A program made the position numbers and the translations under genes. 46,150 bases of DNA from Dehalococcoidia bacterium (GTDB taxonomy: Bacteria; Chloroflexota; Dehalococcoidia; GIF9; AB-539-J10), in the NCBI GenBank assembly GCA_003556385.1, contig PWRA01000012.1:1-46150 (forward strand). Reading direction: 5' to 3'. Positions 36,904 to 46,150 of the stretch are shown piece by piece (the first letter of the stretch is position 1; every line of letters begins with the position of its first letter). The notes under the pieces were generated by a model. That model was not told where the DNA came from. It saw only the letters and a program-made list of their open reading frames with translations, and made no database searches.

Positions 36904-38678
36904 GTGTGCGGGATCATCGGCTATTGCGGGAGAAGGCCAGCGGTTAACGTTGTCCTCGAGGCCCTGAAGAGTCTGGAGTACCGCGGATACGACTCAGCGG
37001 GCATAGCTTCTCTGTGCGACGGAAGACTGCTGATAAGGAAGGACGCCGGTAAGCTTGACGAGGTCGTCCGCAAACACAACATTTCAGACCTTCCCGGCAA
37101 TGTCGCCATCGGACACACGCGTTGGGCAACGCACGGCGCAGTGACCCGGCCCAATGCCCACCCTCATTCCGACTGCACCGGCAGAGTGGCCGTGGTCCAC
37201 AACGGCATCATTGAGAACAGTCAGGAACTGCGCCGGGAGCTTACCAAGAACGGACACCGGTTTGAGTCGGAGACCGATACCGAGGTGATCCCCCACTCCT
37301 GGAGGACCAGTTGAAGGACGGGCTTTCCCTTGAACAGGCTGTGATTAAGATCGCCCCCAGGCTGGACGGATCCTACGCCTTTCTGGCCACATCCGTGGAT
37401 GACCCCGGCAAGATCATAGGCACGAGGAGGAACAACCCTCTGGTGATCGGCATCGACGATGCCGACTACTACGCCAGCAGCGATGCGCTGGCCTTCGCCA
37501 CATATACCAACCAGGTAATCAGCCTGGAGGATAATGAGGTGGCAGCGCTGGAGGCGGGCAGTGTCGAGTTCCTGGACGCCGAAGGAAACAAACTGGCCAA
37601 GCAGGCCAGGACTCTCGATCAGAGCTGGGCTAAGAGTGACAAAGAGGGTTACCAGTATTTTATGCTCAAGGAGATAATGGAGCAGGCCCAGGTGCTCGGT
37701 CGAACACTCCATCAGGACGCGAAGGCGTTCACCGATATTGCCCTCGACATCCTGAGGGCCAGACAGGTCATTATCACAGCCTGCGGCAGCTCTCGCTATG
37801 CCGCTCTGGTCGGTCGCTACCTCTTCTCCAGGGTCGGGAAGAGGTTCTGCGACGTGGTCATGGCATCTGAGTTCGGCTATTTCGCCGACTCTGTGGACAA
37901 GAACACGGTTGTTATTGCGGTTTCGCAGAGCGGCGAGACCGCCGACGTAGTGGAGGGGGTGAAGGCCGCCAGAGACGCCGGTGCCCAAGTTATCTCCATC
38001 ATCAACCGCCCCAACTCCATACTGGCCGACCTGAGCCACCAGGTCATCTACCTTAACTGTGGTCCCGAGATAGCCGTGGCCGCCACGAAGTCGTTCCTAT
38101 CCCAACTGGCCATCTTCTACCTGTTGTCGTTCTCCATGGTCAACGGCTTCGACGAAGCGGCGGCTAAGCTCACCGAGCTGAGCACCACGATAACCGGGGT
38201 GCTGGACTGGAACAAGAGTGAGATGATCAGGCTCAGCCAGGAGTTGAAAGGTAAGCACGACTTCTACTACATAGCCAGGGGCATTAACTTCGCCATCGCT
38301 TCCGAAGGTGCCTTGAAGCTAAAGGAGATCTCCTACATCCATGCCGAAGGAATGCCGGCCGGTGAACTCAAGCACGGGACCTTAGCCCTCATCGAGCCCG
38401 GTACACCGGTGGTGGTGATCTGCCCGGCCGACTACACCTTCGCCGAGACGATCAACAATGCCATGGAGGCCAAGGCGCGGGGCGCCTATATGATCGCCGT
38501 TTCCGACAGGGCGAGCGACATCTATGATAGCTGGATCAGGATTCCCGAGGTCGATGAGTTGCTCTATCCCCTGGTGGCCGTGGTCCCGCTACATCTATTG
38601 GCCTACTACGCCGCGATCAGCCGGGGATGCGATCCCGACAAACCCCGAAACCTGGCCAAGTCGGTAACCGTAAAGTAG
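36904..38678 (+). pseudogene. glmS: Glutamine--fructose-6-phosphate transaminase, frameshifted/split
   Basis: [40 protein letters not shown]; 1-nt deletion near 37297 (CAC-[C]TC-CTG); second frame has SQSGETAD, EGALKLKE, GELKHG and PRNLAKSVTV. Confidence 0.85.
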
Positions 38679-38946
38679 AGGCAACATGGATCACTCTCCT
38701 CATCAACCCTCAGAGAAAGGCAGACATGCGGTGTACCCGCCTACACACCTGCCTGTGATGAAGCAACGCGATAATTCGCCAAGCCGGCGAATCTTAACAG
38801 GATTTTAACATTTAAATGGCATCATTGAGACGGGGATGTGCCTAGACCATCCGTCACAGCCGTGGACCGCGCCCAGTGCGGTTGCGCATGTCCCTTTTTG
38901 TTACGGACCGACTTATTGAGTACAGTGAGGTAAGAGGCAGAATTCG

Positions 38947-40077
38947 ATGGGAGCAGACCACATAGCTGGAGAGAAGCGCAATGGGAGGCTGAAGACGAGG
39001 AGGTGGTTATTCGCTATAATCGGTTTCATGGTGGCTGCACTGGTCCTGCCCACTTCAGCGTGCCAGGAGACGGTAATACCGTACAGGTTTACGTTCGGGT
39101 CGGCTAGCGCGAGTTCCACGCATTACCAGGCAGCCGTGTTCATGGCGAATATCATCGCCCGCGAGAACCCTGACATCAAGATATCGGTGGTCGAGAGCGG
39201 TGCTACCCACGACAACCTGACAAAGGCTCAGGCCGGCAAACTCGACGGCGGCTTCGCAGTTACCTGGGATGGCATGGCCATGGCATACGCCGGCACCACT
39301 TTAGGTGAGTATGTCGGACATGGTCCATGGGAGGAGTTGCGAATGATGCCCGGCTATGTCCACAACTACGTATACGTGGTAGTCGTGGACGAGGTGGATG
39401 ATGACGGCGTCAGGATAGAGACGCTGAATGATCTGGATGGACGGAGGTTCTCTGCAGGAATAGCGGGCTCCGTAACGGAGTTCAATATCCGACGTCAGTT
39501 AGAGGCGGTGGGGGTCGAACCCGACTGGGTGAGCGCCAGTCAGGCCGATATCGTGAATATGGCGAAAGAGCTTGAGATAGTCGGCTTTGCCAGAGCCGTA
39601 ACCAGGATCGGCCTTGATTCGTCGATGCTGGACGTACAGAGCGTGAGAGACATAAGGATACTGGGCTGGCCCGAGGAGTACCTGGGTGCCGCGCTACTCG
39701 CCACGCCGGGGACATCGGCGGCATGGATCGCAGAGGACGCGATCGAGGGACTGATTCCGCATGACGGCTTCTACACTTTGGGACACACAACGGGAATCTT
39801 CCTGACCACAGACATTCCTCAAAGCGTAGTCTACAGAATGGTGAAGGCATACGTGGATGGCTGGGACGAATACGCCAGGGCCTGGCCCACCGCTGCAGAC
39901 TGGGTACCGCTGGAAACAGACCTGGAACTCCTCACTGAGATAACCAAGCTGGTCGAAATGCCGCCACTGCACGCCGGTGTGGTGCAGCTGATGATAGAGA
40001 GGGGCTACGACGTCCCGGCCGGGTTGATCGGCCCCGAATACCAGGGTGATGACGTGCCGGGAAACAACGACGAATAG
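38947..40077 (+). CDS. TAXI-family TRAP transporter solute-binding lipoprotein
   Basis: Signal peptide with LPTSAC lipobox-like motif, ESGATHDNL, DLDGRRFSAG..GS.TE, VYRMVKA, PPLHAG. Confidence 0.8.
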   Translation: MGADHIAGEKRNGRLKTRRWLFAIIGFMVAALVLPTSACQETVIPYRFTFGSASASSTHYQAAVFMANIIARENPDIKISVVESGATHDNLTKAQAGKLDGGFAVTWDGMAMAYAGTTLGEYVGHGPWEELRMMPGYVHNYVYVVVVDEVDDDGVRIETLNDLDGRRFSAGIAGSVTEFNIRRQLEAVGVEPDWVSASQADIVNMAKELEIVGFARAVTRIGLDSSMLDVQSVRDIRILGWPEEYLGAALLATPGTSAAWIAEDAIEGLIPHDGFYTLGHTTGIFLTTDIPQSVVYRMVKAYVDGWDEYARAWPTAADWVPLETDLELLTEITKLVEMPPLHAGVVQLMIERGYDVPAGLIGPEYQGDDVPGNNDE

Positions 40078-40171
40078 CCGGGCGAGATTCCACACGAAGT
40101 CGACACCGCATTAGGCCGCATACCGTAGGAGTCCGCTCCGGATTCGTTTTCGATGTCTCCCCGAGCCCCGC

Positions 40172-41212
40172 TCAATCACCCAACAAACCGTGTATCCTCT
40201 TCACGCGCTCGATATGCTCTTCGAATCCCTGAGGTTTTGACGATGCCGACGCCGGACCCAACGGGTCCTCTATCTGTGAACTACCCAGTAGCACATCAAA
40301 GCTCGCTTTGATGGAGGCAGCCATCACTCGAAGGTTGTAGCCGCCCTCAAGCGTAAACACTATACGCCCCTGGCACAGGTCGGTAGCCAGCTTATTCAGT
40401 ACCGTCACCATTTGGGCAAAACCCTGCACGCTAACCCTCATCATAGCCAGGTGATCGGACCAATGAGGATCGAAGCCGGCCGACACCAGAATAAGCTCGG
40501 GCTGAAATCTGTGCGCGGCCGGAACTAGGACCTCATTGAAAGCTCTCAGATATTCGTCATCACCCCAACCTGCCGCCATCGGGAAATTGACCGTAGTCCC
40601 CTTCCCTTCACCGACGCCGGTCTCCTCTACCGCTCCTGTCCCGGGATAGAAGGGATACTCGTGGATAGAAAAGTACATCACCCTGGGATCGGCATAAAAC
40701 GCCTCCTGAGTCCCGTTACCGTGATGGACATCGAAATCGGCGATCAGGACACGGTTGATGCCGAGTTGCTTCAGAGCAAACCTGGCGGCGATAGCCACGT
40801 TGTTGAAAATGCAGAAACCCATTGCGCGATCGGCAACTGCGTGGTGCCCCGGGGGTCTCACTAAGGCAAACGCGTTGCTCGCCTCACCGATCACCACTGC
40901 CTCCACAGCAGCGATAACCCCGCCCGCAGCCCAGGTCGCAGCCTCATAGGACCTCCGAGATACTGTAGTATCCGGGTCCAGCCAACCACCACCCTTTTCC
41001 GCCTTGCTCTTGACCGAGGCAACGTATTCCCGAGTATGTACCGTCTCCATCTCTTCCATTGAGGCCGGACGCGGAGAAAGCATGACCAGCCTTTCTTTGG
41101 TGCCCGTTTCTTCCAGATAAGAGATCGCAGCTACCAGCCGCCGGCAGTTCTCCACGTGCTCACCGGTGTCGTGTTCGAGATAGATCGGGTCATAGATCAG
41201 GCCTGCTTTCAT
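40172..41212 (-). CDS. Histone deacetylase-family (class II-like) amidohydrolase
   Basis: [40 protein letters not shown]; start ATG 41212. Confidence 0.95.
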   Translation of the reverse strand: MKAGLIYDPIYLEHDTGEHVENCRRLVAAISYLEETGTKERLVMLSPRPASMEEMETVHTREYVASVKSKAEKGGGWLDPDTTVSRRSYEAATWAAGGVIAAVEAVVIGEASNAFALVRPPGHHAVADRAMGFCIFNNVAIAARFALKQLGINRVLIADFDVHHGNGTQEAFYADPRVMYFSIHEYPFYPGTGAVEETGVGEGKGTTVNFPMAAGWGDDEYLRAFNEVLVPAAHRFQPELILVSAGFDPHWSDHLAMMRVSVQGFAQMVTVLNKLATDLCQGRIVFTLEGGYNLRVMAASIKASFDVLLGSSQIEDPLGPASASSKPQGFEEHIERVKRIHGLLGD

Positions 41213-41350
41213 ACCGGCATGATAGCAAAAGCGCTCAGGCGAAGACAATCGTGCAACCCCACTGTCAGCGTTCAGCAGTTCTCCTGTCATGATCCAGTAC
41301 ACCGGCAACCCTCATGCGGAATCAGGGCCACTCCTCAGCACGAGACAGCT

Positions 41351-42187
41351 ATGACGGCGAAGGTGTATACTTCTCAAACTGAAGCGATTGGCAGTATGAC
41401 GGGGAAAGATATCGGGGAGCTACTCAACGAGGCCGAGAGAAGGCTCGCTGCCGAGGCCAATCTGATACGGCTGGAGTCGGGCACGGTCGTCTTCGTTGGC
41501 GATACCCATGGCGATGTCGAAGCCACGGAGAGAGTCATCCGGAAGCACCTCAAGCCCGGGAACACTGTGGTCTTCCTCGGCGACTACGTCGATCGCGGAC
41601 CGGCCTCCATAGAGAACATCAACCTCCTGTTGCAGCACAAGGTAGATCATCCCGATAGTCTCTTCCTCCTCATGGGTAATCACGAAGGCCATGCCATAAT
41701 GAGTTTTCAGCCTGCCGATTTTTGGGAACGGCTTGGCGCAGGGCTGCGTCGGCGATACGGAGAGGTCCTATCCCAACTGCCGCTCGCTTTGTCCGCGCCA
41801 AACGGCATCATTGCCCTTCACGGGGCTCTGCCTGACGTCCCCGATCTGGAGGCCGTGGACCGGATAAAGCCGGGAGACTCGGAATGGCATCAGATGACCT
41901 GGGGCGATTGGCAGGACGGGGGCGGGGAGAACCTGGGAACCGATCTCTATACCGGGAGGCCGCAGTTCGGGCGCGAATGGTTCGACACGATCATGTCCCG
42001 CCTGGGCAAGCATGTCCTCATACGATCGCACCAGCCGACTGCCCCCTTGACGATGTACGACAAAAGATGTCTGACTATATTCACCTCTTCAGCCTACGGA
42101 CATTATGTGGCCGAGCGTACTATAGCCCTGATCGACCTGACGAAAGAGGTGAGGAGCGCAGACGACGTGAATCTAGAGGTTATCTAA
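41351..42187 (+). CDS. PPP-family Ser/Thr protein phosphatase (metallophosphoesterase)
   Basis: GDTHG, GDYVDRG, GNHE, HG, WGD, IRSHQ, TIFTS; start is 41351 or 41396. Confidence 0.88.
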   Translation: MTAKVYTSQTEAIGSMTGKDIGELLNEAERRLAAEANLIRLESGTVVFVGDTHGDVEATERVIRKHLKPGNTVVFLGDYVDRGPASIENINLLLQHKVDHPDSLFLLMGNHEGHAIMSFQPADFWERLGAGLRRRYGEVLSQLPLALSAPNGIIALHGALPDVPDLEAVDRIKPGDSEWHQMTWGDWQDGGGENLGTDLYTGRPQFGREWFDTIMSRLGKHVLIRSHQPTAPLTMYDKRCLTIFTSSAYGHYVAERTIALIDLTKEVRSADDVNLEVI

Positions 42188-43395
42188 AGCCCCGCTTCTC
42201 TTCTCAGCGTTTGAGCCTTATCCGTTCTCTCCCAGGGTAGGTCGAGGTCTTCTCTCCCGAAATGCCCGTAGACTGCGGTCTGGCGGTAGATGGGACGGCG
42301 CAGATCCAGGGCCCTCATGATCGCTTCGGGACGAAAATCGAAATGCTTGCCGATAAGCTCAAGCATGACTTCGTCGGCGACCTTTCCCGTGCCGAATGTC
42401 TCTATGGACAATGACAGGGGGTGGGCCTTACCGATCGTATAGGCAACCTGTAGCTCGAGGTACTCGGCGAGTCCGGCCGCTACGATGTTCTTGGCAACAT
42501 ATCTGGCCATATAGGCCGCAGAGCGATCTACCTTGGTAGGGTCCTTGCCCGAAAAGCAGCCCCCGCCGTGTCCGTAGGCACTGCCGTAAGTGTCGGCGAT
42601 TATCTTGCGCCCGGTGAATCCCGTGTCGCTTACCGGTCCGCCGATGACAAACTGGCCGGCGCTGTTGACGTAGCACGCAGTCTCGCTGTCGAGTAAGTCC
42701 ACGGGTACCACGCTCTTCACCACATGCTCGAAGAGGTCACGTTCAATGATCCCGCGCTCCACACCGGGATCATGCTGCGCGCCGAGCACCACACAAACCA
42801 CTCTTCTCGGTATGCCGCGACTGTATTCTATGGTTACCTGCGATTTGCCGTCGGGTCTCAGATAGGGTACGACCCCATCCTTTCTTATCTCAGCCAGTCT
42901 CCGGCACAGCTTATGCGCCAAAGTGATCGGCAGAGGCATAAGCTCGGGAGTCTCCGTACAGGCAAAGCCGACCATCATGCCCTGGTCACCAGCCCCGGTC
43001 TTGTCCAGGACGTCATCGTATGCTTCGCCTGTTCGGCTCTCCAGCGACTGGATGACACCGGCCGCGATATCCCTGGACTGCTCCTTGACAGATACAAGGA
43101 CACCGCACGTGCGATAGTCGAACCCGTACTCGGGCCTGGTATAGCCTGCGTCCTTGATCACCCGGCGCACGATCTCCGGAAGCTCCACGTAGCACTCGCA
43201 GCTGATCTCGCCGAGGACTATTACCATGCCCATGGCCACAGAGACCTCGCAGGCCACCCTGGCAAAGGGGTCCTTTGCGATCATGGCGTCGAGGATGGCG
43301 TCTGAGATCTGGTCACAGAGCTTGTCGGGATGTCCCTCGGTGACACATTCGGCAGTGGCCAGATACGAATCCGACTGGTTAAAGCTGTTCGGCAT
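42184..43395 (-). CDS. metK: S-adenosylmethionine synthetase
   Basis: [45 protein letters not shown]. Confidence 0.98.
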   Translation of the reverse strand: MPNSFNQSDSYLATAECVTEGHPDKLCDQISDAILDAMIAKDPFARVACEVSVAMGMVIVLGEISCECYVELPEIVRRVIKDAGYTRPEYGFDYRTCGVLVSVKEQSRDIAAGVIQSLESRTGEAYDDVLDKTGAGDQGMMVGFACTETPELMPLPITLAHKLCRRLAEIRKDGVVPYLRPDGKSQVTIEYSRGIPRRVVCVVLGAQHDPGVERGIIERDLFEHVVKSVVPVDLLDSETACYVNSAGQFVIGGPVSDTGFTGRKIIADTYGSAYGHGGGCFSGKDPTKVDRSAAYMARYVAKNIVAAGLAEYLELQVAYTIGKAHPLSLSIETFGTGKVADEVMLELIGKHFDFRPEAIMRALDLRRPIYRQTAVYGHFGREDLDLPWERTDKAQTLRREAGL

Positions 43396-43414
43396 TCTTA
43401 CCCCCTTGAGAAAG

Positions 43415-44671
43415 CTATGTTCCTTCTTCCCAGCTTGCCAGGTAGCTCTTCTGTTCCTCCGTCAGCGAATCGATGGTGATGTTCATAGAGGCAAGCTTCA
43501 GCCTACCCACCTCCCGGTCGATCTCATCCGGTACGGGATAGACCCCCGGCTCGAGCTTCGTTTTCGCTCCGGCAAGATACTCCAGGCATAGAGCCTGGTT
43601 GGCAAAACTCATGTCCATAACGCTGGCAGGGTGTCCCTCCGCAGCGGCGAGATTGATGAGCCTGCCTTCGCCTAGCAAGTATATGCGCCGTCCGTCACCC
43701 ATCGTGTATTCATCGACCGAAGGCCGTACTCTCCTCCTGGAACCGGCGAGGTCTTCCAGAGCCGGGATGTTGATCTCCACGTTGAAGTGGCCGCTGTTTG
43801 CCACGATGGCTCCGTCCCTCATCTCCTGAATATGGACCCTGTCGATGACGCTCGTGTTGCCCGTGGTGGTGACGAACACCTCGCCCATTTCACAGGCCTT
43901 GAGCAAAGGCATAACCTGGTACCCGTCCATGGCAGCTTCCAGGGCGGCGATAGGGTTCACTTCGGTGACTATAATCTGCGCTCCGAGCCCCTGTGCCCGG
44001 CGGGCTATTCCTTTACCGCACCAGCCATAGCCACAGACAACCACCTTTCTGCCTGCCCACAGTATGTTGGTAGCCCTGGTGATGCCGTCGATCGTGCTCT
44101 GCCCTGTTCCATACCTGTTGTCGAAGAAGTGCTTGGTCTGGGCATCGTTCACGGCTACAATAGGATAAACGAGCTTCCCCGCCCTGGCCATGTTCCGCAA
44201 CCTGATGACCCCCGTGGTCGTCTCCTCGGTACCGCCTATCACGTTGGCAGCCAGCGCGGGATAATCCTTGTGTAGCGTTGATACAAGATCAGCGCCATCG
44301 TCCATGGTGATATGCGGCTCATGCTCCAGCGCAGTGACGATATGCCGGTAGTAGGTCTCGTTGTCTTCTCCCCTGATGGCATTGACGGCGATGCCGTACT
44401 CGACCAGAGCAGCGGTAACGTCGTCCTGGGTGGATAGCGGATTGGAGGCACAAAGCACCAGTTCAGCGCCGCCCTCCCTGAGAGCCAGAGCCAGGTTGGC
44501 CGTTTCTGTCGTGATGTGCAGACACGCCGAAACCCGTACCCCCTTGAGCGGCTTTTCTTTGCCGAACCTCTCCTTTATCAGTGTGACGACGGGCATCTCC
44601 TTGCCCGCCCAGCCGATACGAAGCTTGCCCTCCGGAGCCAGCGCGGGGTCTTTGATATCGTAGTTCCTCAT
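43415..44671 (-). CDS. ahcY: Adenosylhomocysteinase
   Basis: [54 protein letters not shown]; start ATG 44671. Confidence 0.98.
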   Translation of the reverse strand: MRNYDIKDPALAPEGKLRIGWAGKEMPVVTLIKERFGKEKPLKGVRVSACLHITTETANLALALREGGAELVLCASNPLSTQDDVTAALVEYGIAVNAIRGEDNETYYRHIVTALEHEPHITMDDGADLVSTLHKDYPALAANVIGGTEETTTGVIRLRNMARAGKLVYPIVAVNDAQTKHFFDNRYGTGQSTIDGITRATNILWAGRKVVVCGYGWCGKGIARRAQGLGAQIIVTEVNPIAALEAAMDGYQVMPLLKACEMGEVFVTTTGNTSVIDRVHIQEMRDGAIVANSGHFNVEINIPALEDLAGSRRRVRPSVDEYTMGDGRRIYLLGEGRLINLAAAEGHPASVMDMSFANQALCLEYLAGAKTKLEPGVYPVPDEIDREVGRLKLASMNITIDSLTEEQKSYLASWEEGT

Positions 44672-44675
44672 TCTC

Positions 44676-45581
44676 TCAGTTCCGCGGGTACGGCACCGAC
44701 CGCCTGCCCCGGTGAGGCTGTTCGAACTGCCGGGCAACCCAGTCGGGAATATCTACTGTGCCGAGGATCAGCGGTTTCTGATGACAATCGCTGCCGCCCG
44801 TCATGACCATAGCGTGCTTCCCGGCAAAACCCATGTAGTGTGCAGTAGTCTCGCGGTCATGCCTGGAGTGCCAGCACTCAATGCCATCGACGTATTGTAG
44901 CATATATTCTTCGATAATTTGCGTCTGCCGCTCCAGACTGTGCGTTATGCTCACCAGCGACGTTCCGTGCGGGTCGTTGGGATGTGCATGCACCAGTATG
45001 CCGCCGGCGTCCCTCACCAGCTGCGACGCCTCGGCCAGCGAGAGCGGATACTTGGGCACGTTGCACCTCACCAGATATTTGTCGAAGGCTTCCTGCTTGT
45101 CCTTCACGATTCCCTTCCCTATCAGGTAGTTCGCGATATGGGGACGGCCGAACGTGCCGTCTACGCTATCCTCTATTCTCCTCATATCTTCCTCGTCGAA
45201 TCTCCTGATTCCCTCTTTGTCGAATTCCAGGTTCAGATTGTCCAGGATGCGGCGTGCCCTTTGTTCCCTGTGTTCTCTGAGCATCTGAAGCTTGTCTCTC
45301 AAGGGGGCATTGCCTATATCATACCCGTATCCCAGAAAATCCAGCGAAACACCCTTGTCGGTCACGGGATAATGGAAGTTGACGTTGAGCTCCAGCCCCG
45401 TGATATAGGAGATGCCGTGTTTCTCAGCCAGTGCGATGGCCCTCTCCTGGCAGCCTACGGAATCGTGGTCGGTTATCGAGATGAAATCGATGTTCCTCTT
45501 ACCGGCCTCTTCGAAGATTTCGTCGACAGACAGATTACCGTCGGAGCAATCCCTGGTATGAACATGCAAGTCGATCTTCAT
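44676..45581 (-). CDS. PHP-domain metal-dependent phosphoesterase (TrpH/YciV-like)
   Basis: DLHVHT..SDG, ITDHD, GRPHIA, AHP, TGGSDCH. Confidence 0.9.
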   Translation of the reverse strand: MKIDLHVHTRDCSDGNLSVDEIFEEAGKRNIDFISITDHDSVGCQERAIALAEKHGISYITGLELNVNFHYPVTDKGVSLDFLGYGYDIGNAPLRDKLQMLREHREQRARRILDNLNLEFDKEGIRRFDEEDMRRIEDSVDGTFGRPHIANYLIGKGIVKDKQEAFDKYLVRCNVPKYPLSLAEASQLVRDAGGILVHAHPNDPHGTSLVSITHSLERQTQIIEEYMLQYVDGIECWHSRHDRETTAHYMGFAGKHAMVMTGGSDCHQKPLILGTVDIPDWVARQFEQPHRGRRSVPYPRN

Positions 45582-45593
45582 GTCTCTCGCCCT

Positions 45594-45613
45594 GGATAGG
45601 CCGTCGCCTATCC
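45594..45613. other. Perfect 8-bp hairpin upstream of the PHP gene
   Basis: GGATAGGC-cgtc-GCCTATCC. Confidence 0.5.
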
Positions 45614-45707
45614 GTTGTCATCGCCGGCGAAGGTGAAGGGGGGCAGATCCCTTCGGGCCAACACGGCTGCGACTTCCGCGGCCGCTCACGGGGAGCACGG
45701 CTAACGC

Positions 45708-46150
45708 CTATCTCGTTTCCCTGCCGATGATGTACCACCCCTCCGGTTGGTCATGTTCGGTATCGACTGTCAGATGGACGATATCGAGTTCGGGGTAAGA
45801 CTGCTTAAGGTCATCCAGGTCCACCTGTTCGAACTTCCGTTTGTTGTTCAGGTAGGCCTGCTCGGTGAGAGCATTCGACTGGTAGTCATCCCTGGACCGC
45901 CTCAATATCCGTGCGATGGCCACCTCCTGCGGACAATGCGTCTGCAGAATGACGAGTGTCTTGTTCTGTTTGGCGGCTATCTCAGCCGCCCGCCTTCTCA
46001 ACGATTGCGTGACAAAGGTGGCATCGATAATGGCGCTGCCTCCGGAGGCGAGGGCTGCATCGGCCCGCCGAAAGGTCTCGTCGTAGACCATTGTTCTCCT
46101 GCTCATGTCCGAGGCCACCTTCTCGTCGAATATGTCCTCGCCCTTCAGTA
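45708..46150 (-). CDS. AAA_33-like P-loop kinase, 5'-truncated by the window edge
   Basis: Frame is open to the window end; IIDATF....RRRA and CPQEVA.ARI..R LID-like motifs; Walker A lies outside the window. Confidence 0.7.
   Translation of the reverse strand, partial: LKGEDIFDEKVASDMSRRTMVYDETFRRADAALASGGSAIIDATFVTQSLRRRAAEIAAKQNKTLVILQTHCPQEVAIARILRRSRDDYQSNALTEQAYLNNKRKFEQVDLDDLKQSYPELDIVHLTVDTEHDQPEGWYIIGRETR

Noticed and set aside
32520-38039. Long antisense or alternate-frame ORFs (e.g. 32520-33344 and 37221-38039; likewise 10903-11631 and 44919-45599)
   Set aside because: They are shadows of well-supported genes in GC-rich coding DNA, with no motifs or RBS
1-46150. Alternative genetic code
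   Set aside because: TAA, TAG and TGA all terminate conserved genes at their expected C-termini
1-46150. CRISPR array, transposase or prophage
   Set aside because: No regularly spaced repeats and no recognisable mobile-element proteins

Overview
A 46 kb core-genome window from a moderately GC-rich bacterium, most likely Chloroflexota/Dehalococcoidia. That assignment is inferred from the Cys-rich EF-Tu insert, the short EF-Ts, the gene order and several archaeal-like genes. It carries translation clusters (tRNA-Thr/Tyr/Thr-tuf-rpmG-secE-nusG-rplK-rplA; rpsB-tsf-frr...cdsA-dxr-rseP-ispG-proS; tRNA-Val-thrS-infC-rpmI-rplT-pheS-pheT), a riboflavin operon, archease-rtcB, meaB, FBP aldolase/phosphatase, rdgB, a TAXI lipoprotein, an HDAC-family deacetylase, a PPP phosphatase and ahcY-metK. 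I saw no mobile elements or CRISPR arrays. The most striking signal is a glmM-glmU-glmS (UDP-GlcNAc) operon in which each gene is broken in a different way: internal deletion, in-frame TGA and 1-nt frameshift. Two promoter-linked, long structured leaders in that operon match no RNA family I recognise. Further candidates are structured elements before rpsB and the rib operon, two small genes missed by the ORF track (rpmG and a basic Zn-ribbon DUF5679-like gene), genes missing from or inserted into conserved operons, and single-nucleotide changes in conserved motifs. I cannot prove a new system from sequence alone. All RNA structures were paired by eye and need covariation analysis.
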